From the NCBI GenBank assembly GCA_034670305.1, contig JAXMNT010000043.1:1-62928 (forward strand): a stretch of DNA of 62,928 bases, in the 5' to 3' direction. Position 1 is the first letter of the stretch. Each line of letters opens with the position of its first letter. This stretch comes from Deltaproteobacteria bacterium (lineage in GTDB: Bacteria > Myxococcota_A > Polyangia > Polyangiales > Houyiibacteriaceae). Below, piece by piece: positions 19,423-29,807 of the stretch. The position numbers were made by a program, and so were the translations under genes. The notes beneath the pieces are model-generated. The model ran no database searches, was not told where the DNA came from, and saw nothing but the letters and a program-made list of their open reading frames with translations.

Positions 19423-20259
19423 CTACGCCTTCGCGTGCGCGTCGATGAACGCTCGGCTCACCCCCGACGCTTCGATGTACTCCATCACCGACGGGTGTCC
19501 CTGCGCGATGATGTCCTTCGGCGACGCCGAGATCACCACGTCGCCGTAGTAGAGAAACGTGATGCGGTCGGCGATGCGGAACACGCTCGCCATGTCGTGG
19601 CTGATCACCACCGACGTCACGCCGAACTTCTCTTCGGTCTCCGCGATGAGCTCGTCCACCGTGCACACCGTAAGCGGATCCAGTCCGGTCGTGGGTTCGT
19701 CGTAGATGAGGATGTCCGTCTCGAGCACGATCGCGCGCGCCACCGCCACGCGTCGCTGCATGCCGCCCGAGAGTTCGGCCGGCCACTTGCGCGACGCGTG
19801 CCCGATGCCGAGCGACTCGAGCCGGTCCATCACCCGCTCCTCGATCTCCTTGCGCGACATCTTCGTGTGCTCGCGCAGCGGGAACGCGACGTTGTCGAAC
19901 ACGTCCATCGAGTCGAAGAGCGCGGACATCTGGAAGACCATGCCCATCGCTCGGCGCCGACGTTCGAGCTCCATGCCGGCGAGCTGCGCGTAGTCGATGC
20001 CGTCGACCAGGAACTGTCCCTCGTCCGGCTTCTCGAGCCGGATGAGCTGCCGCATCAACACCGATTTGCCAGACCCCGAAGGCCCGATGACGACGTTGGT
20101 CTTCTTGCGAAGGATGTCGAAGTCGATGCCCTTGAGCACGTGGTGTTTGCCGTAGGTCTTGTGGACTCCCCGCACCTTCACGTGCACTGGATCCGCGCGC
20201 GCCTCTTCCAGCACTGCACTCTCCTGCGCGGTCGGCGCCTTCTTGCCGAAGAAGCCCAT
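19423..20259 (-). CDS. mlaF: MlaF/Ttg2A-family ABC ATPase
   Basis: GPSGSGKS, FQMSALFDSM, LSGGMQRR, IYDEPTTGLDP, ISHD. Confidence 0.9.
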   Translation of the reverse strand: MGFFGKKAPTAQESAVLEEARADPVHVKVRGVHKTYGKHHVLKGIDFDILRKKTNVVIGPSGSGKSVLMRQLIRLEKPDEGQFLVDGIDYAQLAGMELERRRRAMGMVFQMSALFDSMDVFDNVAFPLREHTKMSRKEIEERVMDRLESLGIGHASRKWPAELSGGMQRRVAVARAIVLETDILIYDEPTTGLDPLTVCTVDELIAETEEKFGVTSVVISHDMASVFRIADRITFLYYGDVVISASPKDIIAQGHPSVMEYIEASGVSRAFIDAHAKA

Positions 20260-21140
20260 CAGAAGAGGCCCTGGCCGAGCACCATCGCGGTGACCAAGTA
20301 GTCGAGGGCGAGGATGGCGACCGCGCTGTGCACGACCGAGCGGTTGGTCGCCCGCCCCACCCCCGCTGCGCCGCCCGTCGCGTAGAACCCCTGGCGGCAC
20401 GCGATGAGGCAGATGGTGCCGCCGAAGATGAACGCCTTGATCAGCCCCTGCATCACGTCGGGCCAGTCCACCAGCCACTGCATGCGGCCCACGAACACGC
20501 CTGGGTCGATGCCGAGCATCTTCACGCAGACGACGTACGCGCCGCACATGCCAATGACGTTGAACATCAAGGTCAGGATCGGGACCATGACGAACCCCGC
20601 CACGACCCGCGGCACCACGAGGTACTGCACCGGGTTGACCGCCATCACGACGAGCGCGTTGATCTGATCACTCACCCGCATCGAGCCGAGCTCGGTGGTG
20701 ATCGCGCTGCCCGCGCGGCTCGACACCATCAGGGCGCTGAACACCGGTCCGATCTCGCGGACCATGGCCATGCCGACCACCGCACCGGTCTGGTTCTCCG
20801 CCCCGAACTGCCGGAACCCGTCGACCAGCTGCAGGCCGAGCACGGCGCCGATGAAGAACCCGCAGAGGCCGACGATGAAGATCGATCCGATGCCGATGAA
20901 CTCCATCTGCTCGACGAAGATCCGTGCGCGGAACGGCCGACGAAACGTCCAGAGGAACGTCTGCCCCGCCAACCGCGCCAACGTGCCCAGCTCCTCCAAG
21001 GGCTGGAGCAAGAACGCCCCCACCCGCTCCGCTGCGGGCGGCGCCTCCTCCTCAGCCTCCCGAGTCTTCGGTGGCTGCGGGGTCTCCGGCTCCGTCTCCG
21101 CCGTCTCGGTACCGGCCGCAGGCGCGGTGGGATTGGCCAC
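20259..21140 (-). CDS. mlaE: MlaE-family ABC permease
   Basis: REIGPV.SALMV.SRAGSA.TTELGSMRVSDQI.AL, YLVVPR, GVGRAT..SVV. Confidence 0.92.
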   Translation of the reverse strand: MANPTAPAAGTETAETEPETPQPPKTREAEEEAPPAAERVGAFLLQPLEELGTLARLAGQTFLWTFRRPFRARIFVEQMEFIGIGSIFIVGLCGFFIGAVLGLQLVDGFRQFGAENQTGAVVGMAMVREIGPVFSALMVSSRAGSAITTELGSMRVSDQINALVVMAVNPVQYLVVPRVVAGFVMVPILTLMFNVIGMCGAYVVCVKMLGIDPGVFVGRMQWLVDWPDVMQGLIKAFIFGGTICLIACRQGFYATGGAAGVGRATNRSVVHSAVAILALDYLVTAMVLGQGLF

Positions 21141-21231
21141 GCCCCCGATATAGCACGCCCCGTCCCCCGAATCCGAAGGAGAGCGGACGGCATCGAATCC
21201 CCCGGCACCAGCACCGTGTCACCGTGTCACC

Positions 21232-21529
21232 GCATCGGCATCGGCATCGGCACCGGCATCGGCACCGGCATCGGGATCGGATTCGGCATCGGCATCGGAT
21301 TCGGCATCGGCATCGGCATCGGCATCGGCATCGGCTTCGGCATCGGCATCGGCATCGGCATCGGCATCGGCATCGGATTCGGCATTGGCTTCGGCTTCGG
21401 ATTCGGCATCGGCATCGGCATCGGCATCGGCATCGGCAGCGGCTTCTGCATCGGGATCGGCTTCGGCTTCGGGCTTCGGCGACGTCGGTTCGGTGTCACC
21501 ACGGGCACGGGCACGGGCACGGGCACGGG
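21232..21529 (+). repeat. TCGG-NN (mostly TCGGCA) hexamer array ending in a (GGGCAC)n block
   Basis: Long ggcatc run, then acgggcacgggcacgggcacgggcacggg; between alr and mlaE. Confidence 0.95.
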
Positions 21530-21548
21530 TTCAGACGCCCGTCCGCCG

Positions 21549-22736
21549 CTACGCGTAGAAGCGGGGGACGCGGCGGGAGACGGCGCACCAGACTTCGTAC
21601 GGGAGCGTGCCGGCGTCGGCGGCGACCTCTTCGGCGGAGAGGCATTCGGTTCCGTCTGGGCCGTCTTGGCTGCCGAGCAAGACGACCTCGCTCGAGACGT
21701 GCACGCCGGGCACGTCCGTCACGTCCAGGGACGTCAGATCCATCGAGACGTTGCCCAGGATGGGGCAACGCTGCCCGCCCACGAGCGCGGTGCCGGTCTG
21801 CGAGTGCGCCCGCATGAGTCCGTCGCCGTAGCCGACCGGAACGGTCGCCACGACGGTCCGGCGCTCGGCCTTCCAAGTCGCGTCGTATCCAACCACCTCG
21901 CCGGGTTCGAGTTCGCGCAGCGCAATGACTTCGCTGCGCAGGCGCATGGTGGGACGGAGCACGGCGCCGTCCGCGGGCTCCCACAGCCGCGGCCCTCCAC
22001 CGAACAGGGCCAGGCCGACCCGGACCATGTCGTGCCGCGACGCGGGGTGAAGCAGTGCCCCGGCGGTGTTCGCGGCGTGCAGCAGAGAGGGGCTGTGTCC
22101 ACGGGCGCGGACGAGCGCCACCGCGGCGTCGAAGCGCTCGAGCTGGTGGCGGGTGAACTCGGGGTCAGAGTCGGCGGACGCAAGGTGGGTGAGCACGCCG
22201 TCGATGCGGACCGTGGGATACGCCGACAACCGATCCAGGAACGCGGGCAGGGTGCGGTCCGGCACGCCGAGCCGGCCCATGCCTGTGTCGACCTTGAGGT
22301 GCACGCCGACCTGCGCATCGGGTCCGACCCGCACCGCAGCGCGGTGGAACTTCTCGGCCTCGTCGAGATCGTAGAGGATGGGCGTCAGCCCCGCGTGCAC
22401 GACTTCGGTGTGGGCGCCGCCGATGACGCCGTTGAGCACGAGAATGGGCGACTTGATGCCCGCTTCCCGCAGCTCGAGGCCCTCTTCCGCGAGGGCGACG
22501 CCGAAGCCGAAGGCCCGCTCTTCCTGCAGTCGCAGCGCCACCGGCACCACGCCGTGTCCGTACGCATCGGCCTTCACCACCGCCAGCACCCGCGAAGGTG
22601 AGACGACATCGCGCACCAGGCGAAAGTTGTGGGCGATGGCAGAGAGGTCTATCTCTGCACGGGTGGGGCGCAGAGAATCGCTCGCGCGCTGAACGCGCGG
22701 GCGAAGGATCAGAGTGTGCTCGGGGGCGGCGCTCAC
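21549..22736 (-). CDS. alr: Alanine racemase
   Basis: AVVKADAYGHG, HLKVDTGMGRLG, HAANTA, VPVGYGDG, VSMD. Confidence 0.95.
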   Translation of the reverse strand: MSAAPEHTLILRPRVQRASDSLRPTRAEIDLSAIAHNFRLVRDVVSPSRVLAVVKADAYGHGVVPVALRLQEERAFGFGVALAEEGLELREAGIKSPILVLNGVIGGAHTEVVHAGLTPILYDLDEAEKFHRAAVRVGPDAQVGVHLKVDTGMGRLGVPDRTLPAFLDRLSAYPTVRIDGVLTHLASADSDPEFTRHQLERFDAAVALVRARGHSPSLLHAANTAGALLHPASRHDMVRVGLALFGGGPRLWEPADGAVLRPTMRLRSEVIALRELEPGEVVGYDATWKAERRTVVATVPVGYGDGLMRAHSQTGTALVGGQRCPILGNVSMDLTSLDVTDVPGVHVSSEVVLLGSQDGPDGTECLSAEEVAADAGTLPYEVWCAVSRRVPRFYA

Positions 22737-22781
22737 GGGACGATGTTCGCACCGATGGTGCGGTCGTGGGAGGGTGGCAGC

Positions 22782-24848
22782 ATGTTTGGAACAATCAAGG
22801 TCGGGCGCGGTACACCGCTTTCGCGGGTGCATGGACCGCAACGCCGGAGCCGCACCGCGTTGTTCCCCTTGCTCGTCGGCCTGCTTGTCGGCCTCGTGGT
22901 GCCGTCGCTGGGCTCGGCACAGGTCGGCATCAACGCGCACATTCCGAGCCCGGACATGCTGGACCTGGTCGCCGAGAGTGGGGTGACCTGGATCCGGGTG
23001 GACGCGAACTGGGACCTGCTGCAACCGGAACGCGGCCGCTACGCGTACGCGGTGCTCGACGTGCCGATCGCCAACGCAACCAGCCGCGGGCTGAGCGTCT
23101 ACGCGTCGCTCGGGTACACACCGGCGTGGGTGCCGAAAGTGCCCCGCGAACGAACCGACACCTACGGCGGCAACGACGAACCCGCGACGAGCGAGGAATG
23201 GGTCGCGTTCGTAGAGGACGCGGTCACCCACTTTCGCGGCATGGGCGTGACCCACTTCGGCATGTGGAACGAACCGAACCTCGAACACTTCTGGGACGGC
23301 GACATCGACTCGTACGTCGAGAAGATCCTCATCCCGGGTTCGGACGCGGTGCACCGGGTGTGTGCGGACTGCGTGGTGCTGGGTGCGGACCTGGCGCATG
23401 TGGGCGAGGTGGACGACGCGCTCGACCGGGTGCTGGCACTGGGCGCCGACGCGATCGACGTGTTCGCGCATCACCTCTACAACGACTGGCCGGAGAACGG
23501 CCACGGCGGCTTCGACGGCGACTCGTTCCTGCAGGCGCTCGAGATGCGCCGGTCTTCGTTCACCCGCGCGAGTTTGAGAGAAGTGCTCGACCGGTACGGC
23601 TGGACCGGCGAGGTCTGGATCACCGAGACCGGCTACCGAGCGACGCCGGGCGACGCGGGGGAAGAGACCAAACAGGAGACCTACGTGCGCCGCGTGCTCG
23701 AGGAGCAGCTGCGGCACGACTGGTGGACCCACACGTTCTTCTACGAAATCATGGACTGCGGCATCGACCAGCCGGACTGCACCATCGACGGGTTCGGACT
23801 GACGCGGCCCACGCGCGCGCTGCCCCGAACCGAGAGCGACTACCGCCGCAAACCCGCGTTCGACCAACTTCGCGACTTTCTCCGCGACAACCCCGAAGTG
23901 CTCGACGACGCACCGCTCGAGTGCGCGAACGGACGCGACGACGACGGAGACGGACGGACCGATGGAGAAGACCGCGGATGCCGCGGCGAAGGCGACGACC
24001 GCGAGACCGACGAGGCGCGCACGGTGCTCTCGGCGCGGCGCGCGGCGGCGCCGACCATCGACGGGACGCTTGGCGAGTGGAGCGACGACGCGTGGGTGAA
24101 CGCGGTGTCCTTCCGCGGAGCCGGCGGCGGGTTCCAGGCGCGGGAAGAGTTCGGGGTGCGGGCCGTAGCGCGCTGGTCGGCCGGCACCCTCTACCTCGCG
24201 TTCGAGGTCACCGACGACGCCCACGTGAACGCGCAGCCGGACACGATGCTGTGGGCGAGCGACTCGATCCAGATGGCGTTCGATGTCGGTCGGGAGTTCG
24301 GGTTCGCGTACGACGACAACGACCACGAGATCGATCTCGCCCTCGTGGGTGGTGCCGCGCGCGGCAACCGGAACCATGGGACCGGCGACGACGCCTGGCA
24401 GCTCGCCGTCACCCGCGACGCCACGACCACCCGCTACGAGATCGCGCTGCCCACCTCGGTGCTCGGCGCGCCGTTCGCTGCGGAGGGCGAGCGCGTCGGC
24501 TTCAGCTTCTTGGCCAACGACGACGATGGGGCGGGCCGCGAAGGCTGGCTCGAGTGGACGCCGGGCATCGGTGCCACCAAAGCCCCGTACTGGTTCGGCG
24601 AGGTCGTCTTGGCGGGCGCAGACGCACCGGTCGATGCCGGCGGGCGCGATGCGGGTCCCGGCGCGGATGCGTCGATGGACGACGGCGGTGCTGGCGACGC
24701 GGGTGTCTCCGGCGAAGACGGCGGGTGCGGCTGTCGCACGTCGCAGACGGGCGACGCGACGGCGCCCGTCCTGCTGCTCGGTCTGCTCGTTATCCGGAGA
24801 TGCACGCGGCGTCGTCGACGCGGCAGATCGAATCGCCCGCGTCGTTGA
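22782..24848 (+). CDS. Secreted clan GH-A glycoside hydrolase with a CBM9-like domain and a MYXO-CTERM sorting signal
   Basis: Signal peptide; WNEPN acid/base and WITETG nucleophile motifs; CANGRDDDGDGRTD motif; PTIDG.LGEW...DSIQMAFD...YEIALP; C-terminal GGCGC + hydrophobic + RRRRR. Confidence 0.8.
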   Translation: MFGTIKVGRGTPLSRVHGPQRRSRTALFPLLVGLLVGLVVPSLGSAQVGINAHIPSPDMLDLVAESGVTWIRVDANWDLLQPERGRYAYAVLDVPIANATSRGLSVYASLGYTPAWVPKVPRERTDTYGGNDEPATSEEWVAFVEDAVTHFRGMGVTHFGMWNEPNLEHFWDGDIDSYVEKILIPGSDAVHRVCADCVVLGADLAHVGEVDDALDRVLALGADAIDVFAHHLYNDWPENGHGGFDGDSFLQALEMRRSSFTRASLREVLDRYGWTGEVWITETGYRATPGDAGEETKQETYVRRVLEEQLRHDWWTHTFFYEIMDCGIDQPDCTIDGFGLTRPTRALPRTESDYRRKPAFDQLRDFLRDNPEVLDDAPLECANGRDDDGDGRTDGEDRGCRGEGDDRETDEARTVLSARRAAAPTIDGTLGEWSDDAWVNAVSFRGAGGGFQAREEFGVRAVARWSAGTLYLAFEVTDDAHVNAQPDTMLWASDSIQMAFDVGREFGFAYDDNDHEIDLALVGGAARGNRNHGTGDDAWQLAVTRDATTTRYEIALPTSVLGAPFAAEGERVGFSFLANDDDGAGREGWLEWTPGIGATKAPYWFGEVVLAGADAPVDAGGRDAGPGADASMDDGGAGDAGVSGEDGGCGCRTSQTGDATAPVLLLGLLVIRRCTRRRRRGRSNRPRR

Positions 24849-26199
24849 GCAGCCAGACCTCGAACGACTGGCCGGCTTCCGAACGTTCTTCGGTGGCCGG
24901 GTCGTAGTCGAGCGCGCCGGACGCGCCGCGAATGTCGATGGACCGGCCGGCGGTGAACTCTTCGATGACGCTCGTCCAGGTCAGGTCGCCGACGTTCAGG
25001 GCTGTGCCCGAGCTGAGCTGACGAAGGCCGCGGGACACCCCAAGCGGCGTGACACCGCCTTCTTGCTGGAGCGACCACACGATCGCGTAGAGCGAGAGCC
25101 ACCCGGCGTCGTACGAGTGCGCCGTGAAGCTCAGCAGATCGAGCGGATCGTCACCGTACGCTACGCGGTAGCGACGCTCGAACTCGTCCGCGAGCTCGGG
25201 GTCCTTCGAAGGCCGGGTGCCCCGGATGCGGGCCCGAAGCGCAGCGTCGTCGGGAAGGCGGCCGACGAAGTCCTGGTTGGCCGCCGCGTCCGTGAGAAAG
25301 AAGCGGGTGTCCGTGAGCCCGGCTTCGCTGATCGCCGCGGTGAGAAAGTCGATGTAGTCGTCGGTGTCCGACGAAGCGATGATCACCTCGGGCGCCATGG
25401 CGTCGGCCGCCATGCCGAGCGCCGAGGTCAGTTGCCCTTCGGTGGAGAATCGAACCACCGTCATACCTGGGATCTCAGGCATCAGGAGCTCCGCGAGCCC
25501 GTCGCCGTACGCACCGGTCTGCGCCACCAACATCAAGTCCGTGCCGCCGCGGCTGCGCACGTCGGCGCCGATCTGGATCGCCTGCTCTGCATCGGGCGGC
25601 GCGGTGCGCCAGACCCGGCCCGGCGCCGCGTCGGACGGCGCACTCTCGAGACTGGTGAGCCGCGGACTGGTGGCGGACGGAGTCATCAGCACCACGTCGT
25701 GCGTCGCCCCATACGTCATGATGACTTCGTCCGAACCGGGCGGACCGATGACGACCGGCACCCCCGCGACGTCTTCGAGCCACTGCGCGACCTGGAGGGA
25801 GGCTTCGGGGCGGGTGTTGCCATCGAACATCTCCGCGTCTTCGCGAATGTCGCACCGGATGAGCGCGAACTCGCGTCCTTCGAGGCCGCCGGAGTCGTTC
25901 GCATCGTCCAGAGCGAGCTCGACCGAGTTGGCCCGGGCGACGTGGGTGAGGAGCGAGTAGTCACCCATGGTCGCGAGCACGATCCGGTCGCCCGGGTTGC
26001 TCAGCAGATCCGGCGGGAACGTCGTGGCGCAGCGCGGCTCTTCGGGCGCCGCCGCGCAGAGGCCATCGTCCGCACACACGAAGCCGATGCCGAACGCGGA
26101 GCGGCAGTCCGAGTTCGCGTTGCACTCGTCGGAGTCGAACCGGGTGAAGGAGCAGCCGCAGAGCAGCACGCAGCCGGCCCACCAGGCCAGTGCCTTCAT
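24790..26199 (-). CDS. Lipoprotein with a Cys-rich N-terminus and a branched-chain-amino-acid-type periplasmic binding domain
   Basis: Lipobox LCGC; ANDSGGLEGR, VIGPPGS, TPSATSP.LT, RTAPPDAEQA, YGDGL, YDA, GASGALDYD. Confidence 0.85.
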   Translation of the reverse strand: MKALAWWAGCVLLCGCSFTRFDSDECNANSDCRSAFGIGFVCADDGLCAAAPEEPRCATTFPPDLLSNPGDRIVLATMGDYSLLTHVARANSVELALDDANDSGGLEGREFALIRCDIREDAEMFDGNTRPEASLQVAQWLEDVAGVPVVIGPPGSDEVIMTYGATHDVVLMTPSATSPRLTSLESAPSDAAPGRVWRTAPPDAEQAIQIGADVRSRGGTDLMLVAQTGAYGDGLAELLMPEIPGMTVVRFSTEGQLTSALGMAADAMAPEVIIASSDTDDYIDFLTAAISEAGLTDTRFFLTDAAANQDFVGRLPDDAALRARIRGTRPSKDPELADEFERRYRVAYGDDPLDLLSFTAHSYDAGWLSLYAIVWSLQQEGGVTPLGVSRGLRQLSSGTALNVGDLTWTSVIEEFTAGRSIDIRGASGALDYDPATEERSEAGQSFEVWLLNDAGDSICRVDDAACISG

Positions 26200-26212
26200 G
26201 CGGGGATGGGGA

Positions 26213-27034
26213 TCAGAACGTTCCATGAATGCCCACCATGGCGCCGCGGGTCGATGCGGCGACATCGATGCCGACGGTGTCGTCTTCGTCTTCGGCTTCC
26301 GGTTCCACGCTGGAGGCGTCCCCGCCGCCTCGAACGAGCAACACGATGCCCGCCGCGAGCGCGCCGGCGGCGGCCAGAAACAGCACGTCGGCCGTGATCG
26401 AGAATGCTTTGTCGCGGCCGAGCGCGTCGCTGGCCGAGCTCGGACAGTAGGTGCCGCCGTCGCCGTTGCGACACAGGCCATCGAGGTCGTCTCGTGCGTT
26501 GCCTGCGATGACCGCGAGGGCGATCCCCGCGCCGACGAGCAACGCGCTCGCGCCCAGCAGGATGGGTCCGCCTGGCCCAATGCCTGGCGGCTCGGGCGGT
26601 GGCGCCGGCGCGACCTCGTTTGGGTTCTGCTGCATGCTCCGGATGCGTTCGATCCGTCCTTCGAGGCTCTCGATGCGGGACTGGATGCGTCCGCGCTCGT
26701 CGCCCTCCACCGTGGCGAGGTAGGTGCGCAGCGTGACGACCGCGTCCTCCCAATGACCCGCGCGCTCCTGCGCGTTGGCGACGTTGAAGAGCAACAACGT
26801 GCGGTGACTCAGCGCGTAGGCTTCTTCGAAGGCGGCCAGCGCTTCTTCGTACTGCCCCTGCGCATAGAGCTCATCGCCCATGCGGTAGAGTTCGCGGGCC
26901 CGTTGGTCTTGCTCCGGCGTGGGTTGCGGAGGCATCTCGGCCGACTCGGCCGGCACCTCGTCCGGCGCCGGCTCGTCCGCGAGAACGGGAGACGCCACCA
27001 CGAGCACACCGAAGAGCGCCGCCAGTCGTGTCAC
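26213..27034 (-). CDS. Secreted TPR protein with C-terminal membrane segments
   Basis: Signal peptide; ARELYRMG.ELYAQGQYEEALAAFEEAY...LLFNVA; two hydrophobic helices; GTG start overlaps the kinase stop. Confidence 0.85.
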   Translation of the reverse strand: MTRLAALFGVLVVASPVLADEPAPDEVPAESAEMPPQPTPEQDQRARELYRMGDELYAQGQYEEALAAFEEAYALSHRTLLLFNVANAQERAGHWEDAVVTLRTYLATVEGDERGRIQSRIESLEGRIERIRSMQQNPNEVAPAPPPEPPGIGPGGPILLGASALLVGAGIALAVIAGNARDDLDGLCRNGDGGTYCPSSASDALGRDKAFSITADVLFLAAAGALAAGIVLLVRGGGDASSVEPEAEDEDDTVGIDVAASTRGAMVGIHGTF

Positions 27035-28713
27035 TGCGCCCACGGATCGCGGTTGTCGGTCATCGTCGTCGGTTCGGACATCGTCGTGATCATCGTCATC
27101 GGCGTGTCCGGATCCATCGCGGTCATGGTCTCGGCCGCCATCGTCTCGACGTCTTCGCCGCCGCGGGTCTGCATGCCTGCACGCCGCCGACGGGTCAACG
27201 ACACGCGGACTTCGCCCTGTCCGGCGAGCACCGTCAACTCCCGCGTCTCGAACCCATCCGCGGTCAGCACGAGTTGCCAGCTCTCTCCGGCGGGGATCGG
27301 AAGGGTCAGCGGCGTGTCCCCGAGGTCCAGCGCGCCTCTTCGAACGCGGGCCGGAGGATCGGTGGTCAGCTCCACGGGTTGGACCGCCACCGGCATTTCG
27401 GTCGTCTCGTTGCCGGTCGTCTCGGTGCCGGTCGTCTCAGTGCCGGTCGTCTCGGTACCGGTCGTCTCCGTGCCGGTCGTCTCGGTCGTCTCCGTGCCGG
27501 TCGTCTCGGTGCCGGTCGTCTCGGTGCCGGTCGTCTCGGTCGGCTGACTCTGCAGGATCACGAATGCCGCCGTGCCGATCGCCCCGACCAGAATCGCCGC
27601 GAGTGCGATCCACATGCCGGTGCGACGGGGCGCGCCCGCAGCCGGGTCCACCGCCGGGGCAGGCGTCATGGCATCCATCGGTGGACGGATGCCGGAACTG
27701 CCGACCTCGCCGTCCTCCGACTTGCGGGCGGCACGGATCCGGGCTCCGGTCGCGCTCGTGTCGCTGAAGTCCGGGACCGCCATCTCTTGGCTGGTGCTGC
27801 TTCGCGCCAGCATCGTCGCGGACGTGGAGGTGTCTTCCGGGCAGTTCAGCAGCGCCTGCGCCAGCGCCTCCATCGAGGGGAACCGGTCTTTCGGATCCTT
27901 GCTCAAGCAGCGCATGACGATGGCGGCGAACTCGGGGCTCGCGGAACTGTCCGGCACCACTTCGTGGATGGCCGGCGGCTGCACGTTGATGTGCGACGCG
28001 AGCAGAACGAACTTCGAGTCGGAGTCGAACGGCGGGCGGCCGGTGAGCATGTGGTACATGCACGCGCCCAGGGAGTAGATGTCGCTGGCCGGACCAACGT
28101 TCGAGTTCGCGATCTGCTCCGGCGCGATGTAGCGGGGCGTCCCGAGCAGCGCGCCACTCTGGGTGAGGCCCGCGTCGTTGTTGTCCTTCACCAGGCCGAA
28201 ATCGAGCACCTTCACGTACGCTTGGTCGGCGCCGCGCATCGTTAGCATCACGTTCGACGGTTTGAGGTCGCGGTGCACCATGCCGCTGTCGTGCGCCTCG
28301 CCGAGGCTGCCGCAGATCTGCAGCGCGACGTGGATGGTGATGGCGGGATCCATCGGCGCGTTCTCTTCGACCACGTCGTCCAACGTGCGCCCCCGAAGCA
28401 GCTCCATCGCGATGTAAAAGATCTCGTCGTCTTCGATCTTGCCGTAGTCGTAGACCACCACCGTGTTGGGGTGGCTCAGCTTCGCGCAGGCCGCGGCCTC
28501 CATGAAGAACCGTTTGGCGAAGTCGCCACCGGCCGTCTTGCCCTGCAGTTGCTCCAAATCGAGCACTTTGAGGGCCACTTCTCGGCCCAAAGGCTGCTGA
28601 ACGGCACGGTAGACGCGGCCCATGCCGCCGCGGGCGATGGCCTCGACGATCTCGTATTTCCCATCGAGGGTGAGTCCCAGGAATGGATCGCGCCGGTGCG
28701 GAGAGGTGGCCAT
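27031..28713 (-). CDS. Membrane Ser/Thr protein kinase with TETTG repeats and a PEGA-like C-terminal domain
   Basis: GGMGRVY, VALK, HRDLKPSN, DFG, GTPRYIAPEQ; TM helix; (TETTG)n; TTDPPARV...LGDTPL. Confidence 0.93.
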   Translation of the reverse strand: MATSPHRRDPFLGLTLDGKYEIVEAIARGGMGRVYRAVQQPLGREVALKVLDLEQLQGKTAGGDFAKRFFMEAAACAKLSHPNTVVVYDYGKIEDDEIFYIAMELLRGRTLDDVVEENAPMDPAITIHVALQICGSLGEAHDSGMVHRDLKPSNVMLTMRGADQAYVKVLDFGLVKDNNDAGLTQSGALLGTPRYIAPEQIANSNVGPASDIYSLGACMYHMLTGRPPFDSDSKFVLLASHINVQPPAIHEVVPDSSASPEFAAIVMRCLSKDPKDRFPSMEALAQALLNCPEDTSTSATMLARSSTSQEMAVPDFSDTSATGARIRAARKSEDGEVGSSGIRPPMDAMTPAPAVDPAAGAPRRTGMWIALAAILVGAIGTAAFVILQSQPTETTGTETTGTETTGTETTETTGTETTGTETTGTETTGTETTGNETTEMPVAVQPVELTTDPPARVRRGALDLGDTPLTLPIPAGESWQLVLTADGFETRELTVLAGQGEVRVSLTRRRRAGMQTRGGEDVETMAAETMTAMDPDTPMTMITTMSEPTTMTDNRDPWAQ

Positions 28714-28761
28714 CGAGCCTGGGCAGCATACCCAATTTTGAGTGAGGTGTACCGCGCGACC

Positions 28762-28928
28762 CGGCTCCGGTCGCGGAAGCGGTCGCGGTCGCGGTCGCGG
28801 TCGCGGTCGCGGTCGCGGTCGCGGAAGCAGAAGCGGAAGCGGAAGCAGAAGCTGAAGCTGAAGCTGAAGGCTGAAGCAGGAGCTGAAGATGAAGCTGAAG
28901 CTGGAGCTGAAGCAGGAGCTGAAGCTGC
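28762..28928 (+). repeat. Hexamer array, GCGGTC / GCGGAA / GCTGAA blocks
   Basis: tcgcgg run grading into gcggaa, gcagaa and gctgaa units; between divergent genes. Confidence 0.92.
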
Positions 28929-29006
28929 CCGAAGGACGCCAGCCTCCCCCTCAGCGGCTCAGTTGGAGCATTTGCCCGCCCGGACCAGGCGTGACAGCCC
29001 CGGACT

Positions 29007-29807
29007 GTGCCTGCCCCCCGCATCTTCCGAGCCTACTCATGGAACGTGAACGGCATCCGGTCGGTCGCGACCAAGGGATGGAGCGCGTTTCTCAAGAAGG
29101 CGCGCGCCGACGTGATCGCGCTTCAGGAGACCCGAGCCCACCCGGATCAGCTGACCCCTGAGGTTCGCCAGCCCAAACGTTGGCGCACCAGTTACGTCAG
29201 TGCGGATCGCAAGGGATACAGCGGGGTCGCAACGTTCGCGCGGCGCGCGTTCGAGAGCCAAGCGTTCGCGGTCGGTCCAGAGTTCGATCCGGAAGGTCGG
29301 GTGCAAAAATCCACCTTCGGTGCGCTCACCCTCTTCAATGTCTACTTCCCCAACGGAAGCGGCAAGAACCGCGACAACGGCCGGGTTCCGTTCAAACTCG
29401 CGTTCTACCGCGCGCTCTTCGACCGCATCGAGCCGCTGAGGGCAGCTGGCCCAGTGCTCGTCGTGGGCGACTTCAACACCGCCCACCAGGACATCGACCT
29501 CGCGCGCCCCAAACAGAACCACAAGACCTCGGGTTTCCTCCCCGAGGAACGGGCCGAGCTCTCGCGGTGGCTCGACAGCGGATGGACGGACACGTTCCGC
29601 CACCTCCACCCGGACAAGAAGGACGTCTACTCCTGGTGGAGCCAACGCTTCGGGGTCCGGGAACGCAACGTCGGCTGGCGCATCGACCACATCCTCGCTT
29701 CGCCCTCGGTGCTGCCCCACCTCCAAGCCGCCCGCATCCACACCAAGATCATGGGCAGCGACCACTGCCCCATCAGCGTCGACCTGACCCCCACCGTCCT
29801 CGAGTAG
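29007..29807 (+). CDS. xth: Exodeoxyribonuclease III
   Basis: SWNVNG, LQET, YFPNG, GDFN.AH, YSWWS, GWRIDH, GSDHCP. Confidence 0.95.
   Translation: MPAPRIFRAYSWNVNGIRSVATKGWSAFLKKARADVIALQETRAHPDQLTPEVRQPKRWRTSYVSADRKGYSGVATFARRAFESQAFAVGPEFDPEGRVQKSTFGALTLFNVYFPNGSGKNRDNGRVPFKLAFYRALFDRIEPLRAAGPVLVVGDFNTAHQDIDLARPKQNHKTSGFLPEERAELSRWLDSGWTDTFRHLHPDKKDVYSWWSQRFGVRERNVGWRIDHILASPSVLPHLQAARIHTKIMGSDHCPISVDLTPTVLE

Noticed and set aside
27400-27545. TETTG repeats (also GVDGG at 39370-39540 and KKSAA at 49250-49340) as members of the hexamer-array family
   Set aside because: They have a 15-nt period with synonymous variation, which indicates protein-level linkers.
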